Positions 28,313-37,662 of a stretch of 64,000 bases of DNA are shown in pieces. The translations under genes were made by a program, and so were the position numbers. This DNA is from an uncultured Gammaproteobacteria bacterium (GTDB taxonomy: Bacteria > Patescibacteriota > Microgenomatia > UBA12405 > JAHJSD01). The stretch lies in the NCBI GenBank assembly GCA_964428655.1, contig CAYRYE010000002.1, positions 103,472 through 167,471 on the forward strand, written 5' to 3'. Below the pieces are notes generated by a model. It was not told the origin of the DNA. It did not search any database and saw only the letters and a program-made list of their open reading frames with translations. The number at the start of each line of letters is the position of its first letter. Position 1 is the first letter of the stretch.

Positions 28313-29650
28313 TTAAATAGACCTAATAATTCTATCGAACTTTTTTCCTCTATTAAACTCATTAGCAAACATTTCAAAACTAGAGCCTCCAGGAGAGAAA
28401 AGCAAAATGTCCCCACTGCTGCTTAAATTTACAGCCTTATTTGCGGCTTCAGATAAATTATCAAAATCCCAAAATGTTGGAATACTACCTATATTCAGTT
28501 TCTCTACCTCTCTCTTCAATTTCTCCGAACCGCTGCCCCTGAGAACAACAACAGACTTCGGCTTATACATTCTGATCGCTTTGGCCAATGGTCTATAATT
28601 CAGGTCCTTATCTGTACCGCCAGTGAGCAGAATCACTTCTTTGCCCCTGCCGGTAAACCTCTTTAGAGCTACCGCTACTGCTTCCGGAACAGTAGCGCAT
28701 GTATCATTCACTACATGAATTCCATTGAACTTTCCCAAATACATCTGTCTGCCATAAAGGCCCTGGTAGTTTTTAATCGCACCTAAAACAATATCATCAG
28801 AAACATCTAAGTATTTCGCTACTACGGCAGCAAGAAGAAGATTATGCCTGTTATGATCCCCAGCAAGAGGATGGAAATCGCTGAAAACCAAATCTTGTAA
28901 AAAACCAAACTGGGAAAACTTAGGAGTAATAACTTTTTCCAAAGCTTCCTCACTAAATCCCTTAGTCATTTTGTCATAGAAATTGGAAATCAAGAGGTCG
29001 CCTTTATTTTGAAATTTAAAGATTGTCTTCTTAGCATCAACATATTTACCCATGGTGCCGTGACGGTCTAAATGATCTCTCATTATATTAGTTATCACCG
29101 CAATTTGGGGGCTTTGCCGTTTTAACCTCATCCACTCCAACATAAAACTGGATATTTCTAAAACCGAAATAGAGTCTTCATCAAGTTCATCTAAAATATT
29201 GAAAGCAGAAACACCAATATTACCCCCCAGGAAGGCTTTTTTCTTTGCCTTCTTGAGAATTTGATAAATAATATTAGTTGTCGTCGACTTTCCTCTCGTT
29301 CCCGTCACGCCAATTGATAGACCTTTTTTATTGGCAAAAAAGTAAGACATGGGGCAAAAAACCGGAATATTACTTTTAATGGCAGTGTCTATATATTTAT
29401 TACCTGGCGGAACTGCTGGGGAGGCAATTACAATTTCTGCATTCCTAAAGTCTCCTTCCCTATGCTCACCTAAAATAAATTTTATCCTAGAAAATTCTTT
29501 TAAGGCCTTTACCGAAGAGAAAAGGATCTTTTCGTCTTTAAGGTCAGTAACTAGAACATCGCGTCCTTTTTGGGCAAAATATCTAGCGGCTCCTACCCCA
29601 CCCTGGTTCAAACCTAAACCCATTACTAAAATATAGTTCCCACTCATCAC
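28313..29650 (-). CDS. murD: UDP-N-acetylmuramoylalanine--D-glutamate ligase
   Basis: 445 aa; N-terminal Rossmann ILVMGLGLNQGGVGAARY, P-loop GVTGTRGKSTTT; sits between mraY and murC. Confidence 0.75.
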   Translation of the reverse strand: MMSGNYILVMGLGLNQGGVGAARYFAQKGRDVLVTDLKDEKILFSSVKALKEFSRIKFILGEHREGDFRNAEIVIASPAVPPGNKYIDTAIKSNIPVFCPMSYFFANKKGLSIGVTGTRGKSTTTNIIYQILKKAKKKAFLGGNIGVSAFNILDELDEDSISVLEISSFMLEWMRLKRQSPQIAVITNIMRDHLDRHGTMGKYVDAKKTIFKFQNKGDLLISNFYDKMTKGFSEEALEKVITPKFSQFGFLQDLVFSDFHPLAGDHNRHNLLLAAVVAKYLDVSDDIVLGAIKNYQGLYGRQMYLGKFNGIHVVNDTCATVPEAVAVALKRFTGRGKEVILLTGGTDKDLNYRPLAKAIRMYKPKSVVVLRGSGSEKLKREVEKLNIGSIPTFWDFDNLSEAANKAVNLSSSGDILLFSPGGSSFEMFANEFNRGKKFDRIIRSI

Positions 29651-30987
29651 GAGGAAGAAAACTTTTGTCCTTTTAAAAAGGTATCAATTGGTCCAGCGCT
29701 CAAAACAATGATAACACAAGCGGTTTGGCCCTCTTTTTTAAACTCATCCCAGAGTTCTTGGTAGTTTTCTAGCAACTTAACCTTCACTCCATGAGCAACA
29801 ATTCCTTTTTTTACTTCTTTAATGTTTACCCCCTCGACTGCCTCTTTTGATTCTCTGCCTTTAACATAATAAATTGGCAAAAGAATTAATTTATCTACTC
29901 CCTGCCAACAAGTTACAAGCTGGTCAAATAGGCGCCAGGTACGTTCATACTGATGGGGCTCAAAAACAGCTATTAGCCTTTCTTTAGAAAAAACGCTCCT
30001 TAAGGCACTAATTACTGCTTTAATTTGGTCTGGGTGGTGACCATAGTCATTAATCACCACTGCTCGACCAATTTTCCCCATTCTTTCTAATCTTCTTGAG
30101 CAACCAGTGAAGCTAGCCAAGGCTTTGACTGCCTGCCCTGGAGCCACTTTTACTCCTGCTGTTGCCCTAATTGCAGCTAGGGCATTGAAAACATTGTGTT
30201 TGCCCGGCACCTTTAATTCTAATTTAAACTCAGAGCTTCCAAACTTCACCACAGATTCAGAACCCCATTTTTTTGGCTGAAATTTTTCTATCTCTTCTCC
30301 ATATTCTTGAGTTTTTTTGCCCTGTTCCCTTGCTTTAGCTAAGACTTTTTTTACATAAGGATCTTTAACATAACCAATAACTAAAGAGCCCTTCTTCATC
30401 TGAGAAACTAACCGGATAAAGGCTTTAAGCGTGTCTTCTTTGCTTTGATAACAATCAGGATGATCGTAGGCAATATTGGTAATAACCAGAAGATCAGGTT
30501 TTAAAGACAAAAACTGCTTTTTATATTCACAGGCCTCAACAACAAAAATATCACTGGTGCCGCTTCGATATATTCCCTCACCAATAATAGCATTGGGGTC
30601 TCTGCCTATCTGTTCTAAAATAGTCTTGATCATCAAGGTGGTTGTAGTTTTTCCATGGGCACCACAAACAGCAATCGTAAAATAATCAGAAACTGCCTCG
30701 CCCAAAGCTTCGAAATAAGTAGAAGTTTTAATCCCCTGTTTTTTAGCTTCAACAATTTCCGGATGGGACTGGTTGATATTGGGAAAGATTAACCAGTCAA
30801 CTCCCTTCTTAACGTGTTCACGACTATTGCCTTCAAAGAATTTTACTCCTTTTTCAATTAGTGGCTTAGTTCGCTCGTTGACAGCAACATCACAACCACT
30901 GACTTGATAGCCCTTATCATTCATCCACCCTGCCAAAGCACTTAATCCTGCCCCACCAATGCCTAGAAAGTGAACCCGCATTAGCAC
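29647..30987 (-). CDS. murC: UDP-N-acetylmuramate--L-alanine ligase
   Basis: 446 aa; VHFLGIGGAGLSALAGW N-terminus, P-loop GAHGKTTTT. Confidence 0.85.
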   Translation of the reverse strand: MLMRVHFLGIGGAGLSALAGWMNDKGYQVSGCDVAVNERTKPLIEKGVKFFEGNSREHVKKGVDWLIFPNINQSHPEIVEAKKQGIKTSTYFEALGEAVSDYFTIAVCGAHGKTTTTLMIKTILEQIGRDPNAIIGEGIYRSGTSDIFVVEACEYKKQFLSLKPDLLVITNIAYDHPDCYQSKEDTLKAFIRLVSQMKKGSLVIGYVKDPYVKKVLAKAREQGKKTQEYGEEIEKFQPKKWGSESVVKFGSSEFKLELKVPGKHNVFNALAAIRATAGVKVAPGQAVKALASFTGCSRRLERMGKIGRAVVINDYGHHPDQIKAVISALRSVFSKERLIAVFEPHQYERTWRLFDQLVTCWQGVDKLILLPIYYVKGRESKEAVEGVNIKEVKKGIVAHGVKVKLLENYQELWDEFKKEGQTACVIIVLSAGPIDTFLKGQKFSSS

Positions 30988-31526
30988 TCCTTTAATTCCT
31001 GCAAAACTTCAACAAAAATTTTTTCTGTCTTCTCTTCCTTACCAAAAAGCATTAAAACAAAATCTTCTGGTTCAATATTAGCAGGAGGCTTCCCAATACC
31101 AATTCTGATCCGCCAAAAATCTTTAGTCCCTAAGTTTTCGATAACTGATTCTACTCCATGATGCCCGGCGGCTCCTTTTCCAAATTGAATTTTAAATTCA
31201 CCAAAGGGAATGTCCAAGTCGTCGTGAATGAGATATAAATGATTGATGATTGATGATTGCCGTGCGTCGCCAAAGGTTTTGCCGACAACACGATGATTAA
31301 TAAATTTAAGAAGTTTTTTTAGGCAGTTTCCCGATTCGTTCATAAAACAGTTAAGAAAAACTATCTTCCAATTATTCTCCAACCTTATAATTTCTCCACT
31401 CTTTCGACTGTTCACTATCGCCCCATCATTCCGCTTCCTGATTAAATACTGACCAAACATTTTTCCCACATTGTGGCGTGTTTTGGAATATTTCTCTCCA
31501 GGGTTTCCAAGACAGACAAAGATCAT
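30981..31526 (-). CDS. pth: peptidyl-tRNA hydrolase with about 13-aa insertion carrying a repeat element
   Basis: 181 aa; MIFVCLGNPGEKYSKTRHNVG, catalytic His, ...GHNGV-like GHHGV; insertion HRVVGKTFGDARQSSI coincides with tandem repeat 31240-31259 and shared element 31260-31284. Confidence 0.85.
   Translation of the reverse strand: MIFVCLGNPGEKYSKTRHNVGKMFGQYLIRKRNDGAIVNSRKSGEIIRLENNWKIVFLNCFMNESGNCLKKLLKFINHRVVGKTFGDARQSSIINHLYLIHDDLDIPFGEFKIQFGKGAAGHHGVESVIENLGTKDFWRIRIGIGKPPANIEPEDFVLMLFGKEEKTEKIFVEVLQELKEC
31240..31259. repeat. tandem repeat tgattga x3 inside pth
   Basis: tgattgatgattgatgattg read directly. Confidence 0.8.
31260..31284. repeat. 25-nt hairpin-capable element (copy 1) ccgtgcgtcgccaaaggttttgccg, shared with 32479-32503
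   Basis: 24/25 identity with second copy; imperfect palindrome gtcgccaaa/tttgccgac. Confidence 0.75.
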
Positions 31527-31527
31527 T

Positions 31528-31869
31528 CTATTCTCGCTCTACTAGGGATTCTATTATTTCTGCTCCGGCATCCTTTTCTCCAGTCACCCCATCCAAAAAC
31601 TCTTCCAGCCTACGAGTAGCTAGAAATCTATCTTGCGGATCGTTTTGTTCGCCTTTCAAGTGTTTCACAAGAATAACCAAAGCCCCGGCTACTAACGCAC
31701 CATTTTCGTCTGCAATAAGGGCAGCCAAAAGTTGTTTCACTCCTTCTCTGACAGTCTCAACATTTCCCTTTTCTTGTTTCTCTTCTCCAAGGGATCGAAA
31801 ACCCTTAACAACCCCAACTTCTAGAGCTTGTTGCTGACTTTGAAGCTTACTACCTCTATCTTCCGCCAC
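31528..31869 (-). CDS. hypothetical protein (113 aa)
   Basis: Long ORF, no recognised motif; somewhat GC-rich. Confidence 0.35.
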   Translation of the reverse strand: MAEDRGSKLQSQQQALEVGVVKGFRSLGEEKQEKGNVETVREGVKQLLAALIADENGALVAGALVILVKHLKGEQNDPQDRFLATRRLEEFLDGVTGEKDAGAEIIESLVERE

Positions 31870-31892
31870 TTTTTACCCCCTTGCTTTTTAAT

Positions 31893-32279
31893 CTATAATT
31901 TTAACTGCTTTTCTAGATTTTCTAATTCTCCTGGTAATTGCAAATTATTTAAATCTAAATTCTTCGGTAAATTTGGGATATTTGGTGCTGGCATGATTCT
32001 TTCCCACTGAATCTGCTGCAAAGTCTTTTCTACCCAACCACTCATTATGCGGCTCAAATTCATCTGGGAAAAAAGATAAGCAATTACCCCAAAAATCACA
32101 ATATAGCCAAAAAGAGTTCCTAACGTATGAAAAACGCCGGCCAGAAAATTAAAGAAGGCAAATTTAAAAGGATTGGCCGAGTAAATCATGTGCCGGCCGG
32201 AAGTTTTCAACTCACCAAGCTGCTGGTTCAACTTTTTAAGTTGTTCGGTTAAATCTTTCTCTTGCTCCATTGTGGGCAC
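31893..32279 (-). CDS. hypothetical membrane protein (128 aa, 2 TM, coiled-coil ends)
   Basis: Hydrophobic core FKFAFFNFLAGVFHTLGTLFGYIVIFGVIAYLF. Confidence 0.35.
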   Translation of the reverse strand: MPTMEQEKDLTEQLKKLNQQLGELKTSGRHMIYSANPFKFAFFNFLAGVFHTLGTLFGYIVIFGVIAYLFSQMNLSRIMSGWVEKTLQQIQWERIMPAPNIPNLPKNLDLNNLQLPGELENLEKQLKL

Positions 32280-32346
32280 GCCAGGATTCGAACCTGGGAC
32301 CCCTGACTTATAAGATCAGTGCTCTAACCACTGAGCTACGCGCCCG
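32274..32346 (-). tRNA. tRNA-Ile (anticodon TAT as read; AUA-decoding type), no CCA
   Basis: Reverse complement folds as GGGCGCG-TA-GCTC-AGTGGTTA-GAGC-A-CTGAT-CTTATAA-GTCAG-GGGTC-CCAGG-TTCGAAT-CCTGG-CGTGCCC-A. Confidence 0.6.
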
Positions 32347-32369
32347 CCTGTGGCGGCTAAATCTGCTTT

Positions 32370-33656
32370 TCAATTAAAGTATACCAAATTGCCAGCAATT
32401 TCAACAAATTTTATTTTTGTCAACACCGGGTAGCCTGTCCCGACGTTACATCGGGGTTGACTTATACCTAAACACCGGCCGTGCGTCGCCAAAGGCTTTG
32501 CCGGCGGCATGGAGGCAATCGGAATATAATTATCTGATAAGCCTTTGCCATCTGGCCAAACAATGGCCATTGCCTTTTTGCCAATCTGACTTTGCCAGAA
32601 TCGCAAGCGAAGCTCTTTTTCCAGTTTAGCTAATTTTTTGGCCCTAATTTTTTTAGTCCTCTCATCAATTTGATTTTCCATTTCAGCCGCTGGCGTTCCT
32701 TTTCTTAACGAATATCTAAAAATGTGAATTTTGCCAAATTTAATTTTTTTCACAAAGTCTAAAGTTTTCTGAAAATCTTTTTCCGTCTCGCCGGGAAAAC
32801 CAACAATAATATCAGTGGTGATATTCAATCCTTTTCCTATTCTGCGTCGCACAATTTTGACTATTTTTTCGAACTGCTCGGTTGTGTAACACCGATTCAT
32901 TAATTTTAAAATCCGATTACTGCCAGACTGCAAACTCAGATGTAAATGCCTGGCTAATCTATCCCTTCCTATTTTTTTATAAATAGAAATCAGCTTTTCG
33001 ACATCAATCATTGGGTTTATGGAGCCCAGCCGCAAAAGTTTAACATCAGTTTTTTTCAAAACTTCTTCAACCAAGTCAATCCAACTCTTGCCATTATCAC
33101 TGTATTGGGAAACGTTTTGACCGGTTAAAACTATTTCCAAAGCGCCGTTGTTAATTGCTCTCTCTGACTGACAAACTATTTCCTTTACAGGAACACTAAT
33201 AGGTTTTCCTCGAATCAAACAAGGTAAGCAATAACTACAGGCGTTAGCACAGCCGGTTTGGATTTTGATTAAAACTCTTGAATCTTTGTCTCTTTTGCCA
33301 GCCGCGAGTCCTACTGGAGTGTTTTTATTACTAATTTTTTCCCACTTTTTCTCATTCTCCAACAGTTCATCTATTCTCTCTGGAACTCGGCCGCCAAACT
33401 TTTGAATTTTGTCCACCCAACAACCAGCAACTACTAACTTTGCTTTGGGATTCTTACGCCGCAACTGCCGAATCGCCTGCCGAGTTTCTTTCTCTGCCTT
33501 ATGAGTAACTACACAGGTATTTAAAACCAATAAATCTGCCTTCTCGGCCTCTTTTGCTTTCTTCCAGCCACTTCCCAAAAGCAAACCCTCCAGTTTCTGA
33601 CTCTCCGCCTGATTCAACCGACAACCCAAAGTTTGGATATAAAAAAGATTTTTCAT
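32370..33656 (-). CDS. MiaB/MtaB-family radical SAM methylthiotransferase with atypical C-terminal extension
   Basis: 428 aa; N-terminal MTTase domain IQTLGCRLNQAES, radical SAM CANACSYCLPC; C-terminal about 45 aa contains the shared 25-nt element in a different frame from the pth copy. Confidence 0.75.
   Translation of the reverse strand: MKNLFYIQTLGCRLNQAESQKLEGLLLGSGWKKAKEAEKADLLVLNTCVVTHKAEKETRQAIRQLRRKNPKAKLVVAGCWVDKIQKFGGRVPERIDELLENEKKWEKISNKNTPVGLAAGKRDKDSRVLIKIQTGCANACSYCLPCLIRGKPISVPVKEIVCQSERAINNGALEIVLTGQNVSQYSDNGKSWIDLVEEVLKKTDVKLLRLGSINPMIDVEKLISIYKKIGRDRLARHLHLSLQSGSNRILKLMNRCYTTEQFEKIVKIVRRRIGKGLNITTDIIVGFPGETEKDFQKTLDFVKKIKFGKIHIFRYSLRKGTPAAEMENQIDERTKKIRAKKLAKLEKELRLRFWQSQIGKKAMAIVWPDGKGLSDNYIPIASMPPAKPLATHGRCLGISQPRCNVGTGYPVLTKIKFVEIAGNLVYFN
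32479..32503. repeat. 25-nt hairpin-capable element (copy 2) ccgtgcgtcgccaaaggctttgccg
   Basis: see copy 1 at 31260-31284. Confidence 0.75.
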
Positions 33657-33726
33657 ATATTGAAGTTATTTTAACCTAAGAAAGTGAAAAAGTTGAACTG
33701 GCAAAAAGCTAAATTGATTCCTCTGC

Positions 33727-34083
33727 TTATTCTACTGGTTTTACTGGTGTTGCAGAAGCCTCCGGCGATACTTCAGGAACCCTTGCTGCTGGTTGCTCAG
33801 AACCTACAGCTTGAGCAAAGATTTTATCTCTTTCCTGCCGTGCTTCAGCTAACTCCTCTACTGCCTGGTAATCACCTGAGGCAATAGCTTCATCTTCAAT
33901 CTCTTTAAAGAGAGCATCCAAGTAAACCATTACTTCTCGAGAAAGCTCTTCATCCAAGGCCTCCCCTTTGGATAAAGTCTCGACTGCCCCTACATACCTG
34001 GCCCTTACTTCCTCATCCAAGGTATTATCTTCTTTAATAAAATTAATCATTACCTGGAAATAGTTTTTATTATCTTGATCCAT
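33727..34083 (-). CDS. hypothetical acidic protein (118 aa)
   Basis: Asp/Glu-rich, GC-rich ORF paired with the upstream 632-aa gene. Confidence 0.35.
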   Translation of the reverse strand: MDQDNKNYFQVMINFIKEDNTLDEEVRARYVGAVETLSKGEALDEELSREVMVYLDALFKEIEDEAIASGDYQAVEELAEARQERDKIFAQAVGSEQPAARVPEVSPEASATPVKPVE

Positions 34084-34106
34084 ATTTTAAAAAATTATTA
34101 ACAGTT

Positions 34107-36005
34107 TTAACCCCTTTTCCTTCTTCGAGTAACTCTGGTTACCACCGCTCTGGCTTTTTCACTCAAAGTAGCTCCAGCGGACAAAGCTGAAACAACCGGA
34201 GCAACAACTCTTATTATCGCCCCCTCAACCTTTAAAGTAGTGGCAACTGTCGGACCAATATTCCGAACTCTCTCCCAAAACCGAATACTCCTCATAGCTT
34301 CTCCAGCATCACCAATTGCTGTTCCCGCCGCCCCAGTATCGGTGGCCCCCGCAGCTTCAACAACAGCGGTACCGGCTTCACCTAATTGACTCCACAGAGA
34401 AGTTAACTTTTCTCCAGCTTGGGCAACTACCCCATCAACACTGACTCCTAAGGCTTCTGCCCCCGCAGCAACCCCTCGGAGAGCAACATAACTTAAAGCG
34501 GCTACGGCTGCTGCCTCAGCCACTTTAACTCCTGTTTCTGCCGCTTTAGACATATCCAGTCTTCTACTAACCGAAAAAACTCTTGCCTGAGTCATCTTTT
34601 CTAAGGCCACTCTTTCCTTAACACCGTCTTCAATAATCATCATCAGAGCTTTAACTTCGTGCAAAGCGGAAATATTTCCCTGATCCAATTGTTCCGCCAA
34701 GCTTTCACTAGTCAATCTTTCAACTGCTGTCTGTTCGGCTAACTCAGTCCTCATTATCCGACCATAAATCCCTTCTGCAAAATCATCTCCCGGTTCTCCA
34801 ACAGAAGTTTCAACACTACCTTGTCCACCCATAGTTACCTCACAACCCAATTGATCAGCAACATTTAGACGGGGAACAGCATTAAAAGCAGCCCTTTTTA
34901 GAGGATCGCTCAATGAATCAGCATGTTCTTCCTCCCAACTCCCTAATTCTCCAGAATTTAAAACATGCTCAGGTAATTCTGCCACCAGAGGATTAAGCGC
35001 TTCTCCTACTTGTTTTTGTAAAGCAGCTAAATTTTCTCCCCTTTCTGCTAGAATCCCCTCAAGTCTACCATCAATCTCCCTATCAATTGCCTCCCTCATC
35101 GTTTCTGGACCAGTCTCTTCTTCTACTAGAATCTGTCCAATGACTGTCTCATAGAGAGTTGCTACTTCAACCAATCCTGCCCCTCTTAATTTCCTCTTTG
35201 CTCTCCGAGCTAATTTTTTCTCTCCCCGAACTCTGACTTGATCAACGACAGAAATTAAGCCTTTATCACCACCAAACCTATCCACCAATTCACTAGGAAC
35301 AATTCCATCCCTTGCTCTACCAACAACTTGTTGAGCGACAGCATTTTGGCCAGCAACTAAAATAACAGCTGTTTCTTCATGCTGTTCAACCATTTGAAGG
35401 ACTTCCTGTAATCTGGCCAATAAAATCTTTGCCTCGGCATGGCTAGGAACTTTACCCAATTCTCCGGCAATAACCTGTAGATAGCTGATCCCTCTTTTTT
35501 CTACCTTAGCAGCGCTTAAGTCACCTCCTGCTGCAGTAGCTTTTGCTAAAGCTTTAGCAATTTGCTCTGTCAGAATTTGATCAACCTCACCCATGTGGCC
35601 AGTATATTCAGTCTCTATTTCTCCTGGCTCCATATCAGGAGCGGATGCCTTCATTGGCTCAACATGCGTTTGGGCCTTCCTAAAACTTTTTCCCTTTCTT
35701 TTTGCTTCTTTCCTCTCGTTCCTAGCTCTGTCAATTCTTTCTTGAGCCGCATCTTTCTTTCCCTTAACCTTTTCGACTGCAACTTTCACTTTTGGCTCAG
35801 TTTGAGCCACAATTTCAGCCTGTTTACCACCAAGCTCATCTAAAGCTCCCTCTAGAGATTCAAAAGCAAAACCAGTGGTAACAATGTTCCGAGCTGCCTC
35901 CATCTGGGCATCGATCTCTCCTTGAGGAACTTTTTCCACTAGCCTTTTTGGAATATCAACTCTCGGAGCAGCAGTTTCGGAAGTAATAACTGGTGTTTCA
36001 CTCAC
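34107..36005 (-). CDS. hypothetical large Ala/Val/Glu-rich protein (632 aa), compositionally atypical
   Basis: Uninterrupted 1.9 kb ORF, GC clearly above the window average, no signal peptide or known motif. Confidence 0.45.
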   Translation of the reverse strand: MSETPVITSETAAPRVDIPKRLVEKVPQGEIDAQMEAARNIVTTGFAFESLEGALDELGGKQAEIVAQTEPKVKVAVEKVKGKKDAAQERIDRARNERKEAKRKGKSFRKAQTHVEPMKASAPDMEPGEIETEYTGHMGEVDQILTEQIAKALAKATAAGGDLSAAKVEKRGISYLQVIAGELGKVPSHAEAKILLARLQEVLQMVEQHEETAVILVAGQNAVAQQVVGRARDGIVPSELVDRFGGDKGLISVVDQVRVRGEKKLARRAKRKLRGAGLVEVATLYETVIGQILVEEETGPETMREAIDREIDGRLEGILAERGENLAALQKQVGEALNPLVAELPEHVLNSGELGSWEEEHADSLSDPLKRAAFNAVPRLNVADQLGCEVTMGGQGSVETSVGEPGDDFAEGIYGRIMRTELAEQTAVERLTSESLAEQLDQGNISALHEVKALMMIIEDGVKERVALEKMTQARVFSVSRRLDMSKAAETGVKVAEAAAVAALSYVALRGVAAGAEALGVSVDGVVAQAGEKLTSLWSQLGEAGTAVVEAAGATDTGAAGTAIGDAGEAMRSIRFWERVRNIGPTVATTLKVEGAIIRVVAPVVSALSAGATLSEKARAVVTRVTRRRKRG

Positions 36006-36124
36006 AATTTTTCGGATTTAGTTAATTTCTAACCTCAAGAGAACTATAAGAGATCAGTGCCCTGTTTGTCAAGAAGAAGTTTGGACTTGTTAAAATCAAG
36101 CCAAACTTGATAAAATAACATTAA

Positions 36125-36201
36125 GTTCCCGTAGCTCAGATGGATAGAGCGTTCGCCTCCTAAGCGAAAGGTCGAGGGTTCGAATCCCTCCGGGAGCACC
36201 A
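36125..36201 (+). tRNA. tRNA-Arg (anticodon CCT), CCA encoded; last A is the A of the next gene's ATG
   Basis: GTTCCCG-TA-GCTC-AGATGGATA-GAGC-G-TTCGC-CTCCTAA-GCGAA-AGGTC-GAGGG-TTCGAAT-CCCTC-CGGGAGC-A-CCA. Confidence 0.75.
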
Positions 36202-37661
36202 TGAACCAAAATCAAACCTCTAAAGAGGCAATTGAGATCCATCTTCGCACCTACCGTTCAGTTTTGCGGAGTTCAAATGAAATTGCTGTTTCTACTTTAA
36301 TTCCCACTTATCTAAAAATGAATCCATTATTACACCCCAAGGCGGGCTTGGAAAATGAAACAGACCAGGAAGCTCTCGCTTATGCTCTCAATCGTTTTCC
36401 TAAAGAAATTCTACAGACAAAATTAATTGTTATTGGTCAAACTAAAAAAGTTTTCCTAGAAGCTGACTATAATCTTGGCAAATGGAAAAGAGTCAAGGCT
36501 CTTCATCGGCGGCGGCAAACTTTCTTTGATCCAAAAACTAAAACTCTAGCTTGCTTTGCCGCTTCTATCTCTGACGTTGACGATATTGTTAATCTGGCCA
36601 TTGCTCTTCAAATTGAGCTTAAAAAGAGCGGGGTGAAAAAACACATAAGAATCTCTGGTGAAGTTCCAAACTTTAAAATCAAGCTGCTGGCTGGCACTTG
36701 GGTTAATTTTGCCAAAACGGCTCAAAATTGGTGGCAAACGGTGATCAGAAAAACCAAATCCCAATTTGACCTCGTCAATCAACCACTGGTTTTCATTTCC
36801 TCCAACAATCATAGCCTGATTAATTCCCTAGATTGTTTTTGTCTTGATCACAAAAGCGAAATCCTTGATCATTTTAAAAAAGAAAGGCCAGAGATCAAAT
36901 CTAACAAAAATTCCTACTTTATTTATTTTGCTTCTCAATTCGTATTCAAAACCAACAAAAATCTCTGGCAAAAGAAACTGGCTAGAGAAAAAAAATTGGG
37001 AATTATCCGCATCCCACCCCAAACTAGTCTCTATTCAGAAACACAAATCATTCCAGGAAAACTTATTAGTAAAAAACTCAAAGATCTAATTATTTTAAAC
37101 ATTGAATATCCTTTAGGTTTTGCTGCTTTTCATCTTCTAGAGGAGGTTTTAGAAAACGCTCAGAAAATACTGGCAGTTTACATTCTAGGTAAAGCGGCTG
37201 CCTTAAACACGAAAATTGGTGATATTCTAATTCCTAAAATCGTCTTTGACGAACACACCCAAAATACCTATATGCTGAACAATTGTTTTAACAATAACTT
37301 CCCATATAAATTCAAGACTGGTTCTGTCTTGGATAATCAAAAATTAGTCTCTGTCTTAGGCACTTTTCTGGAAAACAAAGATCTTTTCAACATCTACTCA
37401 GAAAAAGAATTCAATATTATTGAAATGGAGGCCGGCCCCTACTTAGGAGCCATTGCTCAAGCCACTTACCCCAAGCCTTTGCCTCAAAATACGATTGTTG
37501 ATCTTCACCAGCCCCCGTTCGACCTTGGTTTAATCTATTATTCTTCAGACAGCCCCTATATTCTCTCACAGCGCTTAGGAGAATTTTTAGGATTAGCTGG
37601 AATTGAGGCCACCTATTTAACAACAAAAGCAATTATTGACAGAGTTAAGAAGATTTTTTGA
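36201..37661 (+). CDS. two-domain protein: unknown N-terminal domain plus C-terminal nucleoside-phosphorylase (PNP_UDP_1)-like domain
   Basis: 486 aa; C-terminal VYILGKAAALNTKIGDILIP and EMEAGPYLGAI resemble PNP/MTAN phosphate-binding and EMEA motifs. Confidence 0.45.
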   Translation: MNQNQTSKEAIEIHLRTYRSVLRSSNEIAVSTLIPTYLKMNPLLHPKAGLENETDQEALAYALNRFPKEILQTKLIVIGQTKKVFLEADYNLGKWKRVKALHRRRQTFFDPKTKTLACFAASISDVDDIVNLAIALQIELKKSGVKKHIRISGEVPNFKIKLLAGTWVNFAKTAQNWWQTVIRKTKSQFDLVNQPLVFISSNNHSLINSLDCFCLDHKSEILDHFKKERPEIKSNKNSYFIYFASQFVFKTNKNLWQKKLAREKKLGIIRIPPQTSLYSETQIIPGKLISKKLKDLIILNIEYPLGFAAFHLLEEVLENAQKILAVYILGKAAALNTKIGDILIPKIVFDEHTQNTYMLNNCFNNNFPYKFKTGSVLDNQKLVSVLGTFLENKDLFNIYSEKEFNIIEMEAGPYLGAIAQATYPKPLPQNTIVDLHQPPFDLGLIYYSSDSPYILSQRLGEFLGLAGIEATYLTTKAIIDRVKKIF

Positions 37662-37662
37662 G

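Noticed and set aside
29647-29650. Possible gene fusion or frameshift at murC/murD, nrdD/nrdD and other 4-nt overlaps
   Set aside because: These are ordinary ATGA/TTGA stop-start overlaps indicating translational coupling, not frameshifts (unlike the kinase split at 10660, where one enzyme fold is divided).
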